From Aplysia californica (taxonomy: Eukaryota), in the NCBI RefSeq assembly GCF_000002075.1, contig NW_004797311.1, positions 1,581,517 to 1,633,176 on the forward strand: a stretch of 51,660 nt of DNA, in the 5' to 3' direction. Position 1 is the stretch's first letter; every line of letters begins with the position of its first letter. A program made the position numbers and the translations under genes. Below the pieces are notes generated by a model. That model was not told the DNA's origin, made no database searches, and saw only the letters and a program-made list of their open reading frames with translations. Shown piece after piece: positions 37,270 through 49,920 of this stretch.

Positions 37270-38599
37270 TACTTTGCTTTCAACAAAAGCACAAATATGC
37301 AATTGAAATTGAAACAGAAAAATCAAATTTGTTTGTCTATACCACAGAAAGTCAGGTATTCATTTATGCACAAAGTTACAAAAAAAATATTGGAAATAAA
37401 TTGAAAGAACAAAGGAAATTTACAGTGGATGGGGCAGACCACGTCTCTTCTAGCTTCACTCACAAACTGTCTGTACTTACTGTAAAGCAAATTTATACAC
37501 TCATTCTTGTGTGAAATTTCTCTCTGATCACTTTGGTACACAAATTTGACAGCAGGCTAGATTTTATAACCAACATTACTCTAATGATCATTGTAGTGCA
37601 CAATGTCATTTGTAGACTCTTCTCTCCTTTGTATTTAACCCCCCTCCCCCTGCTTTTTAAACTGGAAAACAGGTAATGGAAAAGTACTGAGTAGTTCAAC
37701 ATCAGGAGTGCCAAGAAGTAATCACGATGAAAAAAAGGTAGTTTTTTTTTCAGAATGGGTAACATGATCTACTAGTCATTGTTTGCCTTATTAGGTTTAT
37801 AGAACAGACCCACTGTGGAATGTAACCATCCTCTTTGAAGTCTGTTCACTAATTATACACATGTGCTACGATAGAGTCTTTAGTTCTTTACAAATTTAGG
37901 ACTCTGATTTTCAGAGTCTTTAACCTGAATGAAGTACGTGTACATTTGTTTGAGGTCTGCATACTTTATCTTGGTTGAGGAGCTTCAAAATGAGGGCAGA
38001 CCTGCAATAGTTATTGTCATTTTTGTTTTAGTAGAGCTTTTACGGCGCTCGCAACTGCACAAGGTCATATGAGCGCCAAGGGGTGGATGTCAACAGAGAA
38101 GTCCTTACAGGGAATCAGACTTACTCTGCTCAACTCTCTAGTTTAAACAGCAAAAGTCTGCTTTGACTATTAAGGCACCCCGGAAATAGCGGGTCACAAG
38201 AGTGCGACAAACATACAAAAGAAGTAGAGGAAAATGACGATAGTAAGAGTTAGAAAAGAAAAAGCAGCAGTTCACTGTTGTAGTTCAGGCACAGTTATGA
38301 GCATGACATTGTTGGATCAGCCCATTTACAATTCTACTGTGCATTAGAACGAGAAATGCCCCCCCTTTAGGAATGGCCTAAAGACACTTCGTCAGTGGCA
38401 TCGCCAGGGGGTATTTTACATGATGCAATGACTAGGATTCAAAACAACAAAAGAAGAATTGTGATTTGATTTTTTAAAACCCACAAAATAGGGGAAGATG
38501 GCGCTCATTAGCGCGCAAGAAAATCCAAATCCTAACTCAGGGCAAATTTACACAGAACAATGGGTGTTTTGAAAAAACACTGAACACAGTTTCCCAGTC

Positions 38600-38834
38600 T
38601 CAGTTTTGAGGATTTGGTTGAAAAGACCACTTATAAACTGTAAGCGACCCATCTATTTCCACCACATCATAACACCACTTTCGATTCAACCTGCATTCAG
38701 CTCCACATTTGCAAGAGTTGCATTTTGGGCATGGAAAGTGGCAACCAGGACAGTCAACTTCCAAGCAATCACACCAGTCTGCACCATTGTCAATCAGCAA
38801 CCCATCTGCATTGTACATCCGATTTTTGTGAACC
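38600..38834 (-). CDS. ARL14EP: ARL14 effector protein-like, last coding exon (Cys-rich ARF7EP_C domain)
   Basis: MYNADGLLIDNGADWCDCLEVDCPGCHFPCPKCNSCKCGAECRLNRKWCYDVVEIDG matches, from memory, human [52 protein letters not shown]; ttgcag acceptor; TGA stop. Confidence 0.95.
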
Positions 38835-40647
38835 CTGCAAAATCAATAAAGTAAGCAAAAATACATATATCTATGCACCAACACTAGATATGCAATATCT
38901 GCCTAAGGCACGCATTCGCTATACGAATTTTTTTCTGACTGTATAATTTAGACCTACAATCATAGAAACCTCTAAACACAAGCTTTGATCCGCAAAATAT
39001 GACGACAGGTAACACTCGACAAATGGAAATTTTCCCAACAAACTAGACACCTTGCATCACAGTTAAAGTGATAACACCCTACTGTCCACGGACATGTACC
39101 GGTATATATGATTAGGTGAGCCATATGTTTGGGTAACTGAAGTGTCTCTTTAGAGGTCACTTGAAATGTGTCTTTGAGGGAGTCTCTAATTGGTCGCCGA
39201 CAGTAATATTTAGGTCTTTGATGCACAACACAAAGGAATGCGATAGAAAACTAGATACCGTAGGCCAATAGATTTAATGACTTGGTCAAAAGATAAACTG
39301 TGCTTGAAGAACTTAAAACATACTAGTTCAAGGAATCACTACAGAAAAGTCTCTCAGAAGGTCAAAGCACAAAACTCTAATGCCCAATACAAAATTCAAA
39401 ATTACTAAAGGAACATGTGTCCTCAACAAGAGTTCAAAGTTCTATTTATTACTAGCATTACACAATTGTAAATGCCCCATTCCTACCCCCCACCTATCTC
39501 AAACCTCCATTTATTACATACTAATACTATTTTCCTTTTGTCACTGGATGTATCATTTGCCCGTCATTGGTTACACGACTACATGTATTGTGATGTACCC
39601 CTCTGGAGGTTAAACATACATGTTATACTACTGAAGACTATGATGCGCCACTCTTTAACATTGTACAATAATTATGAAGAGTAATCTTTTCATGAAATGA
39701 ACAATAGACAGCCATCATGTATAATGAAGGTGCATGTGTGCAAGTGCAACAAATTTCACTGCACATTTGATGGAGTAAATGAAACTTAAACATAAATTCC
39801 CCCCATTATTCTATTCCTATCCTCCCAACCTGACCAAAAAGAACAAAAAATCCCCTCCCCCTCCCCCCAAAAAAAATCTTACCCCCCCCCCCCCCAACTC
39901 GAGAGTCTATTGACCAGGCTGGGCACGCCATTAGCAGTGCAAATGGCCCTAGTCTGAATTCCCAACGTGGTGTTCTGAACGTGGATTGCTCTGGAGAGTT
40001 TTTTAAGTTCTCCACCCATCTGGCTCCGTCTAATCAAAGATGAGTGTTGAATTCGGAGGTCCTTTCTTACAGTTGAAAGGGACATTAAACCTAAACAATT
40101 TAGGGGGGGGGGGGGCAGGGTACAAATCCAAATAAATCACTAAACTATGAAGCAAATGACATGGATGTACCCTTTCCTCCCCTTTGCTCATATAAACGTT
40201 TGCCCTGTGTAAACATGCTTTTAGAGATTAAGGGCCCTTTGAGTTCTGTGTTTAGGTGGGAACTACAGTAATACATTATGATTAAAAAGTGAGAGAAAAA
40301 AATAGAAGAAAAAAAAAAGACACTCAGGCACATGCAACTTTGTTCTTTATTGCACCTTGACAAACTGTAAGAGGCTTGACAAAGGTAAAAATATAAATAG
40401 TTAATCAAAGGTTTTATAGGGTAGAAAGCTAAAGGCAGCATAAAAAAAAAAAATGCAATAAATGACTCTCATCCAACAGATTATTAAGATTTGGTCATTC
40501 GGAATCTTCAGTTTGTGTACATTCTTGACTTGAATAGGTATGACAAGCTTTCAAACAACAGGTAAACCTAATCTAACCTTGTGTCACCTATGTCTTGACA
40601 AACTATATCAAGAACAATCTAAAAGAGTACAGAAAATATAGGTTTAC

Positions 40648-40772
40648 TTGTTACTGCCAAGTTTTCTTTTCAACTTTCTCAGCTCACGGGTACTCTGCTC
40701 GGGGTTGAAATCCTCCATGAACTTTCCAGGGTTGGAAAATGACAACTTTCGCAATGCATGACCACTGTCATT
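40648..40772 (-). CDS. ARL14EP: ARL14EP-like coding exon 2
   Basis: 125 nt, tttcag/gtaaac boundaries; NDSGHALRKLSFSNPGKFMEDFNPEQSTRELRKLKRKLGSNK resembles human LRSLQFTNPGR..EFAPE..KREKRRL; phase 2 matches the next exon. Confidence 0.92.
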
Positions 40773-41037
40773 CTGAAATAAATTAATATAATGGGGTATG
40801 TGTATTAATTAATGTTACAGTTCTTAACACAAATGAAAATACATTTTTCAAAAAGATCCTCCAAAATGTTTCCTCGTAATTGTCATCTAACAGAGGAGTG
40901 TTGACAGAGCTACAGTACAGTACATTGTCAATTTGCCTCATTCGATTCAGTCTGGGCCAGCAAGATATTCCTTCATGGATGGAGCATATAATTGATTTGA
41001 AGTGAACTAAATTTGACTGGGCCTTCGAAATTAAATA

Positions 41038-41953
41038 AAGTGGAACTCGCATTCAACGAAGTCGCCGGGCCTGACCTTCAATTTAGTTGAATCCAAGTGT
41101 TATAGTTACAGGAAACATGAGGTTTTGTTGTGTCAATAACTACAGGCACCGAGCAAGTAATGCATACTATATTTCGACTTCCTCAATCAAAAGTAGCGTA
41201 GCAAGGTTTCAAATGATGGGCATTTTGGTTTTCGTTTCTTTAATGCCATACCAAAGAAATGCTGGAAAATTCTAAGAAAATACACTGAACTCTACCAATC
41301 ACACACTGCAAAAGATTCAATTCCTTCAATGGCACGCCCGTATCTCCTATCATCTATGATGTATTGTTTGCCAAACAAGTTGTGTTGCTGTGTAAAGCCT
41401 AGCATACGTCAAATGTCTGATTCCACAGACCAGTGCGCAATTCATTATAATATGTAGATTACGTCAAGACTAACTAATCATTGTAATATACAGGAGCCGG
41501 GGGGAAGGAACTGACTGTGACGCGTTTCTATCTCTACTGACATTCCATGTTCAGACTGCTTGTGCCCTCTCACCCAAGACACACGCACACACAGTACAGT
41601 CACACATGTGCTGGTCACTGGTTCGATTCTGACACATGCTAGGAAGAGACGTGCGTATGCCAACAACGCGTATGTTGGTATAAAAGAAGGCCGCTGATTG
41701 ATCGCATAAGATATAAACAATAAGTAAAGCGAATAATGGTTCACCATGCAGGTGCCATGGACGGTTTCCAGGAATAGATAAACTTTGTTTCGGGAGAAAA
41801 ATAACAGAAGCTATGTCAGCAGGGGCTGTTCATTCTGCAAGCAATTCTTTGAATCTGAGCTTGCTCATTTATGTATTTTTGTTGAATTTACTGATTTTTA
41901 AGAATTAAAAAAACGGGGAATCCATCTCCTTTCATTAAATTGGAGTTCCATTG
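41038..41953 (+). mobile_element. MITE family D, copy 2
   Basis: GTGGAACTCGCATTCAACGAAG ... GGAGTTCCATTG-TA; lies in ARL14EP intron. Confidence 0.8.
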
Positions 41954-43070
41954 TACATTAAATTGTTTTTCATGGTCGCAAGTAGAATCACAGGTTTGAG
42001 ACCTACTTGTAGCAAAAATGACCGACTGAGGCCGCATTGGACAGGGATCATTATGAACAGGTTAAAAATACAGGAAAAAACACAAGGGCCTCACAAACAA
42101 AGGCCATTAGTTCAGATGAACGTTATGGAGAGGTGACCGCCGAGGCAGGTTCGACAGAACAATATAGTGTCACGACGCTGTGGAATCAGGAATCATCAAT
42201 TTTGGGGCATAAGGAGTTATTGGTATAATCTTAGAGCTTGTTCATTGGTCTTGCTTTTGAGGAAAAAAAAATACCATCTATCTTGAATAGAAGCAAAGAT
42301 ATTTGTGATTGAAGGAGGTTGGGGTTGTCTGGTGTCGGAGGTAAAATTAGCAAAAAAATAGCCGCTAAGATTTGGAGAATTCCAAAGCTTGAATGTCCTT
42401 GAAAACCTGTAAATTTACATTACATTTGTGTTCCTTCGATCAATGTTTTTCAGTAAAATCCACCCAGAAATGTGTTTTTAGGTCCATAGGCTTATAGATC
42501 TAGGTGTTGAGGAGATTTTTAAAAATTGATAAAAATTGCCCAAAGAGTGGAAAAAGGCCAGTTTCTTCGATTTCTTTTGATAATTGCCTGATTTCACCAC
42601 GATGCCTCATATATAGATGGGATCAGGAAGCTGTGACAATGCAGATGCAGAGAGCTATCAATCTCAAATCTCAGTATAATGCTTAACAGTCAGAATCAAA
42701 ATCATTCAAAATGTCATTGCATAATCGTAGCACATGATAATACGAACTCAAACTTTGTATACAGATAGCCGCAGGTAAATTGTTCTCTGTGACGAGGCTA
42801 AAGGCACATATTGCATAATTATTTGCAACATTAAGATAAAACAACACATATATAACAAATATGATATCAGAAATAAAAAAAACAAAAACAAAACAAAAAT
42901 AAGTGGAAAAAACATTTAATGAAACAATAATAAAAAGGCATGGGTGAACACTTTCATACCACTGCATCTACTAATAATTACAAGTATTTTTCAAGAACAC
43001 ACACTAAAAACACACAGATAGATTACACTGTTTATCGCTGCTACCCTTTCATCGAAACTTGTAAACTTAC

Positions 43071-43199
43071 GTTTTCAACTTGCTGTGCACGTGATCTTAA
43101 ACGTTTGCCTGTCTTCTCTTCGCTTACCGGTGGAACTTGTGATGAAGACTGTCTGGTAAGTTTTGGTGCTAGTTTATTTTTCCCTTTATCTAGATTCAT
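43071..43199 (-). CDS. ARL14EP: ARL14EP-like coding exon 1 (probable start)
   Basis: Exon begins at 43202 after an AG; MNLDKGKNKLAPKLTRQSSSQVPPVSEEKTGKRLRSRAQQVEN then |gtaagt in phase 0; total CDS 489 nt (162 aa). Confidence 0.8.
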
Positions 43200-43440
43200 G
43201 ATCTAATGATGTAACCAGCAACGATAAAAGGCCCTCCTGGTGTGTGTTCTGTGGACGAATTTGAAGCAACAAAGCTGAGATAATGACAGGAAGCGATGGA
43301 TGGGAATGAATGGGGGGGGGGTGGGGGGGGGGGGTTAAAGCTGAGTCGACTTTGTATGGGAAAAGAAGACAGATTTCCTAACACACAACAAGGAATCAAA
43401 CTCAGAAAATTGAAAGAGAGATCCAGCCTTTCAGTTAATA

Positions 43441-43601
43441 AAGTCGAAACTGTCTAAGACAGCTAACCATTGTTGAGGAGAAAAGTGGCCGTCTCACACA
43501 GTGTCTTATAAAATGTAAAAATACCCAAGAGAGGAAATGGAAAGGGGCTGTTTGCAAAGATGGTTTCTTATACAGGTGGCCATTAAAGCGGGTTTGACAT
43601 T
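43441..43601 (+). mobile_element. MITE family C, short copy
   Basis: AGTCGAAACTGTCTAAGACAGC..GAGAAAAGTGGCCGTC ... GGTGGCCATTAAAGCGGGTTTGAC. Confidence 0.65.
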
Positions 43602-43659
43602 ATAATAGTGTTTCTCTGGAAATATTAGTGTCATATATAGCAGTATTATGTGGTATTGT

Positions 43660-43990
43660 GGTTCTCTAGAGTGCGCCTTGCGGCCCAATACCTCCGATTT
43701 CAGCACTCCAGCTCCAGGTCCAAGGACCTACCCTGGGAGCACAGGGAGGAATTGTTACCGGATCCCACCCGTAGCCAGGACTTAATGCGGTCCTTTTCCG
43801 CATGATGCTCCCGTCAGAGGACTCCTAGGGCATTTAATGACGTGGTAGTGCCACCTACCACCTCACCCCGTCCTGGTAAGAGCATCGCCAGTTGGTCCGG
43901 GGCTGCTTATTCAACATATTCACAGCTAACCTACATTACAGTGGCCGTTCCCTATCCGCCACCTGGGACCCGCCGGGTCGGGGATGGTCA
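43660..43990 (-). mobile_element. RTE-like LINE 5' region fragment
   Basis: GCTGCTTATTCAACATATTCACAGCTA..CCGCCACCTGGGAC resembles the conserved 5' block of RTE-1-type elements (recalled, not searched). Confidence 0.45.
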
Positions 43991-43994
43991 ACAT

Positions 43995-44172
43995 GTACTG
44001 TTGAACACATCCTTCAGCACTGCAAGACACACTGGGCCCTGAGACAGGAAACGTGGCCAACCCCACTGACGCTACAAGAGAAGCTATACGGGCCGCCAGA
44101 TGAACTGAGCAGGACGGCCCAATTTACGACAGATACCGGACTTCAAGTGTGATGCGATCGAGAAGAAGAAGA
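43995..44172 (+). mobile_element. I-group LINE 3' end
   Basis: TVEHILQHCKTHWALRQETWP...KLYG...TAQF..TGLQV* (second half of a CCHC knuckle) followed by a (GAA)n tail. Confidence 0.75.
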
Positions 44173-44354
44173 TGGAAATATTAGGAAGGAATTTCAAGTC
44201 AGGACAAGCTATAGTACGTCTTTCAGTTTAACATCTTGCAGGACCAAAACATTTATGGAAAGAATGAAAGCTGTAGGCCTGCTGTCTCTTTAATTATACA
44301 ACCTTTGTCTTGTTGCTGACTTTACAGTGAGGGCCATAGAACAAATTCTATGTA

Positions 44355-46401
44355 CAGTGGAATCCTGGTATAATGAGAAGGAGGAGACAGGTGCGAAATG
44401 TCTGTTCTGCCGTCGTAAGGGAAAACGACGAATGGTCAAAATTTTTCCATTATTTTATTTTTATTTATTTCATAGAGTATTTAATTCTGCATCTGATGGT
44501 GTAAAAATTTTTGTCATATCCTAATCCGTTGTTGCGTAATTGAGAGTTCCATCGTTTTCCCTTACACTGGCAAGCTCCGAACCAGAGCTCAGTGTAAGGG
44601 AGAACGACGAATGGTCGATCGGTCAAGGATCACTGCTCGCTCGGCGTTGTCCCCTAGTCTCTGCCGTTGGGCAAATTCGGCATCACTTAGTGTGTCTTTC
44701 TGTCTGTCTTCACGTATTAGGCCTATGCTGATGGTGTGAATTGACAAGAGCAGGCGATCGAGTATAATAATGTCTTGCAGATTCAAACTGTCCTTGTCGA
44801 TCTCTACTTTGTGGTATGTTTTCCGATCCGATCAACTGAATCCTTTATTAAATAAATACAACGCGTCGCATTATCTCTCCCAAAAGCGTTTGTGATACAG
44901 TCTTGTTAGATTGTTACATTTCTTACGAGAAAGTTTGACTTTGCAATGATTTGATCGTATTATTGACATTCTAACATTGTTGATACTTTTGGTCGTGCAG
45001 GGAAAATTTTTGCAATTAGCGAAAATAAAAGTAAAACTCGCTTCTGAAGAGAATACAATAAAGAGATATCATGGAGACCAAACTTTGGTTCCGAATGAGA
45101 CAGTTTTTAATCAAGCTGTTGAAAATGTGTGCACATCTGATTTGAACCCTGACTGTGTAGTATTTAACCAAGTGAGGAAAGAAAACTAAGGACGTCTTCC
45201 GAGTTACAGTTGGGATATAACAAACACCTATCTTTATACGTATAATAGATAGTTTGTATACATCTTATTTTTATTTGCAGTAACTAGTACACAGTCATTA
45301 CTGTCAATAATGCGTCACAACTGACCATCGCTTACGCCCATAGACGTTCAAAAGTGTAAAGGAGAATGACGAACCGTACCATTCGTCGTTTTCGCTTCAT
45401 TCGCAAGGCTCACCTGAGGGTGTGCAATGTATGGGAGAACGACGAATGTCGAATAATTTTGCTACTTTTCAACCTAAACCATTCAAACTTTAGAAACTGC
45501 TTTATGAACACCTCAATCAGATATCTGGTGAATTACAGCTTAAAAGATTGAAAAATAGAAGAGATAAAGTGAAAACAGTTCTTGCCTCTCCCGAAAAATT
45601 TGCCTCGCTACCTGTGCAGGACCATTCGTCGTTTTCCCTTACGACTGCAGTGTTATTAAAGTAGGCCTAATCTATGAGTTTGGTGTTTTATTTATTTCAT
45701 TTTGTTATCTCCCATAATGATGATTTGGTTCAACATGACTTCCAGGTCTTACTTGATCAAAAATCGAATCAGGTTTCTTTCTCTAGCGCTAGCAATGTTG
45801 ACAGCTCGGCGTTGGCTGACGATCAGAAAGTTCTCTGACTCAAGGCTAACTAGCCCTCTGTGTTGTCTCCCACCCCACCACACCCTGTGGTGTGTTCCGT
45901 CTGCTTGCGCACAATGTGAACATACCACATCCTGCCCACATCACACAATCGCTCCATCTATCACAGCACTGTGACCTTTCCATCCTCGCATCGGAGAAGT
46001 GAGAGGCATGAAGGCCTAGATAATCTAGACTAGGCTGGTCTGTCACGCAATGCGTTTCTGCTTATCTGCGCATGCCACACCCTCCCCACTCATTCGCTCC
46101 GGCCTTAATTGTTGGCACACGTGGACTCTCCCATTCTTTGTTTCGCTAGATATCACCAACATGTTTCTCAACTGGCCAGGTTTTACACGCATACCATATT
46201 GTGTAAATGGCCTATGCATTGTGCACAGAAGCAGCAATATTCCGCTATAACCGACTCGCGTGTTTGTGTGATTGCGCTATAGCAGTATTTTATTTACAAT
46301 GATAAAGCAGGGGGAAAAAACAGACTTTTACTACTTTTAGAATAGTGTCTTTATAACAGACCTCTCATTATTTCAGAACTCGCTATAAGTGGACTCCACT
46401 G
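44355..46401 (+). mobile_element. MITE family B, copy B (interrupted by a Sola1-like element)
   Basis: TA-CAGTGGAATCCTGGTATAA ... TATAAGTGGACTCCACTG-TA. Confidence 0.9.
44407..45650. mobile_element. Non-autonomous DNA transposon with 4-bp TSD (Sola1-like)
   Basis: 31-bp TIR CTGC(C/A)GTCGTAAGGGAAAACGACGAATGGTC; TSD TGTT on both sides, consistent with the single CTGTTA at the same site in copy C. Superfamily inferred from the 4-bp TSD and CTGC termini. Confidence 0.8.
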
Positions 46402-46781
46402 TATTGTTTATAAATATAATAATTTATAGAACCACTCCCGTCTCATAAAGGGTGTTATTTTGTAGCTCTTTTCGGTTTCTTTAGGGTCCTGAACACAACT
46501 TGGGCATAAAAAAACGTCGCAAATGGTTATTTCAGGGGACCCCCCCCCCCCTTGACTATTAAAGCAAGCTTAAACAAAAAAGCGGCATGGATAGCAGCCA
46601 TCAGACGGGAGTGATTCTATAAAAATACCCCCTTACCCCCTTTTTCTTTGCTTACATCTAACATGCATTACAACAAACTTGAATAAATACACATATGGCA
46701 GGTAAAAAACACTCAATATATTAGGCCGCTACCATTTTACACTTCTGCTCCAGAAGTTTTGAAGTCCAGGTACCACTACTA

Positions 46782-49596
46782 CAGTGGAATCCTGTTATAA
46801 CGAGAGGGAGGGGACTGGTGCGAAATATCTGTTATAGCAAGATTCTCGTTATAACCTGTATTACATGTCCTGGGCAACAACGTCATTGCACACCAGACAG
46901 GTCCGTAAGTGCTCAGTTCTCCCCAGCATCAAAGCCCGCAAGGTATCCATACTGATTGTGGCTGTCTGATTATGGCGACGTCTTTCCTCTACAGATAATA
47001 GTTCCTTTCTTCCTTCTCCCCTCTCTATCCCCATTTCCTGCATCCTAATGATTGCGTGGTGTTCTGCTGTCTCCCTGTCTTCTTCATCCCGCAACTTTTT
47101 CTCCAGGGTCTTCAACACTTCTCCTTTGTCAAATTTCACCTAACCAACAACCACAGCACTGCCTGCCAGCCTATCAGACTCCTCATTGCCTTTCACTTCA
47201 GAGTGCCCAGGACAGAATATCCACGTGATAGCTCTAAGTGATGAGTGTTGTATTGGGTTCATCCATTCACTCTGAAGAAGCCCTTTCTCGACCCTTCGCA
47301 AGATGCTCTAAGAGTCTGTGACAATGATGAGATGGGTAGTTTTTGTTCTTGTATTTTGAAGCCAGCCAAGCGCTCTTGTTATGGCCTCAGTCTCCATTTT
47401 CATGCTTGAAGTCGTTCTTTCTATGGCCCCTGACATGCTATGAACCTTTTTATTCCCACTGTACACCACAAAACCCCATCCACTTCTCTCACCCCTCCTG
47501 ACTGATTCATCCGTATAGATCACTGGATCCTCTGGCTTGAAATGCTCTTCAATTAACTGTCATATGTCATTGTTGTTAATGACAGCAGCACATTCCCGTC
47601 TTTCACGACCCATAGTGATGTGAACGTTGGCCAGGCTTCTGCAAATGGGGCTCAGTTCAAACCATTCCTTTCCACAGCATATTTCATTGATGCCACAAAC
47701 TTTCCTCAAGGAGTCTTCGGCTCCTGCCATCCATGAGCTGCCCCGTTTGACCCTGTTTCCTTTGATGCTGCTTAGGTTGTCATGCAAAGGGTGCCTCGGG
47801 TCTCCCAAAACATTCAAGTACAACTTTGCCTGTGCCACCTTATGCCTCACTCCGATGCTGGCCAGGTCAAGGATGTATCTCATACAGACAACATGGGTGT
47901 CCTTTGTGCAACCTAGAACAGCCCTCACAGCTGCATTTTGTACTCTCTCCAACCTGCCTTTCTGAGTCTTGGACAGGGAAAGGATGCCCAGACCATAGTC
48001 TATGACGAAATGAACCACCAGCTGCATTAAGAGAAAAAGAACTCTCTGTTGAATTCCCACTGAAGCCAAGGTCTTCACTACATTGATGCCCTTCTGAGCC
48101 CCGACAGTAACATTGTCAATATGTCTTCGGAAAGAAAGTGTCCTGTCCAGAGTGATTCTCAGATACTTCAACTCATGCTGTCTGTCTATGAGAAAGTGGT
48201 CAAACACAATTGGAGGGGTAGGATCTTTCACAATACGATTGTTTTGTTGAGTGAGCACCAGATGACCTGTGCTTTGTCTGGATTGATGACCGGATTGTAT
48301 TCCTCACACCAAATTGCGACCTTGCTCAGCCTGTCCTGTAGCATCCATCCAACTGCTAGCCTATCATGACCTTGTCCGTAGACCATCACATCATCTGCAA
48401 ATATTAGGATTCTTCTTGCTCCACTTTTGGCAATTTTGAATGTATTATATTTATATGTTGAACAGAACCGGTGATAACCTTGGGGCAGTCCTGAGGCAAT
48501 CACTACTGGGTCTGACATCCATCACCCACTTCTCAGTGCCACCTTCCTCTCAAACAGAGCAAACAGGGGTCAACATCCATTTCCATCAGGAGATCCATGA
48601 GCTTGCAGTAATCAACTCGGTTGTAAACATCCTCTAGGTCTACAGCAGCCATTGCTGTCTCCTCCTTTCTCTGGAACGATTCAAATACATCAAAGGCTAA
48701 CACAGCCATGTTTGTGCAGGTGTCTTTCCCTGGTCTATAGCTTCCAAGGCCGTCTGGAAGGAGCTTTTTCCTCTCTAAGTAATTTGCCAGCCTTTTGGCC
48801 ACAATCTTTTCCATTCTGTAGCCCTTGATGTTGGGATTCTTGTTATAAGGGATCCAGTAATAAATTCAGGGAAAACATTAAAGTAGGCATAATCTATGAG
48901 TTTGATGTTCTGTCATAATAATTTCTTTTTGTTATCTCTCCTTTGACGATGATTTAGCTCAACATGACCTCTAGGTCTTACTTGATAAAAAATCAAATCA
49001 GGTTTCTTTCTCTAGCGCTAGCGATGTTGACAGCACCAGAAAGAAAGGGCTCTAGGCTAACTCGCCCGCTGTGTTGTCCCCAACCCCACCATACCCTGTG
49101 GTGCGTTCTGTCTGCTTGCGCACATTGGGTACACACCTCATCCTGCCCACATCACACATTCGCTCCATCCATCACAGCATTGTGACCTCGGCTCACCATC
49201 TCCGCATCGGAGAAGTAAGAGGCATGGTTGGCCTGGATAATCTAGACTAGGCAGCATGGCCTATCACGAGATGCGTTCTGCTTGTCTGCGCATGCCACAT
49301 CCTCCCCACCCACTCGCTCCAGTCTTCATTGTTGGCACACGTGGGCTCTCCCATTCTTTGTTTCACCAGATCACCAACAAGTTTCTCAACTGGAGAGGTT
49401 TTACATAATATATATATAAATATAATTCACCTACACTGTGCACAGCAGAAGCAATATTCCGCTATAACCGACTCACACTGTTTGTCTGATTGCGCTAAAG
49501 CAGTTGTATTTTATTTACAAAGATAAAGAAGGGAAAAAAACAGGGTTTTAGAAGAGTGTCTTTATCCAGATTTCTCGTTATAAGTGTACTCCATTA
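46782..49596 (+). mobile_element. MITE family B, copy C (interrupted by a LINE)
   Basis: TA-CAGTGGAATCCTGTTATAACGAG ... TTATAAGTGTACTCCATT. Confidence 0.9.
46855..48834 (-). mobile_element. 5'-truncated, frameshifted non-LTR retrotransposon with RT and RNase H (I-group)
   Basis: RT motifs EKIVAKRL, VDLEDVYNRVD, GLPQG, FADD, LKYLRITLDRTLSF; RNase H motifs IYTDES, ETEAI, VTDS, WIFCPGH..VKGNE..DRLA; 14-bp TSD GATTCT(C/T)GTTATAA at 46841-46854 and 48835-48848. Confidence 0.92.
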
Positions 49597-49788
49597 CTAC
49601 TACCAAGGGACCTGTGTAATTCTACAATCTAAGTACTACAAAGTCAAAGACAAAAATAAGAAGAGGCTAGCAGTACTCAATGACGGCTAGACGGCTAGGC
49701 TAGCCTCAAATTAATAGTGATGGCAAGACTGGCAAACAGCAAAAAATAGGCCTACTCAATTATGCTTGCTACGTCGCATTGCGCTTAC

Positions 49789-49920
49789 CTCCAGTGCTAA
49801 CACGCCGCGTTGCAATTAGCGCCAGTGCTAAATAAAACGCAGTGTGTGTAAATATAATAAGGCTTAAAATCTACGCTTCGTTGTTGGAAGTTCTGATAGC
49901 CGAATCGAGAGCGCGTCTGT
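49789..49920 (-). other. Candidate non-coding first exon of the ARL14EP-like gene
   Basis: GAG|GTAAGC donor at 49788 in a CpG-rich unique segment; no ATG and an in-frame stop. The upstream boundary is a guess. Confidence 0.35.

Noticed and set aside
45702-45974. Recurrent ORF MTSRSYLIKNRIRFLSLALAMLT (three copies)
   Set aside because: Similarity is inherited from the MITE B DNA; frames diverge between copies and there is no transposase motif.
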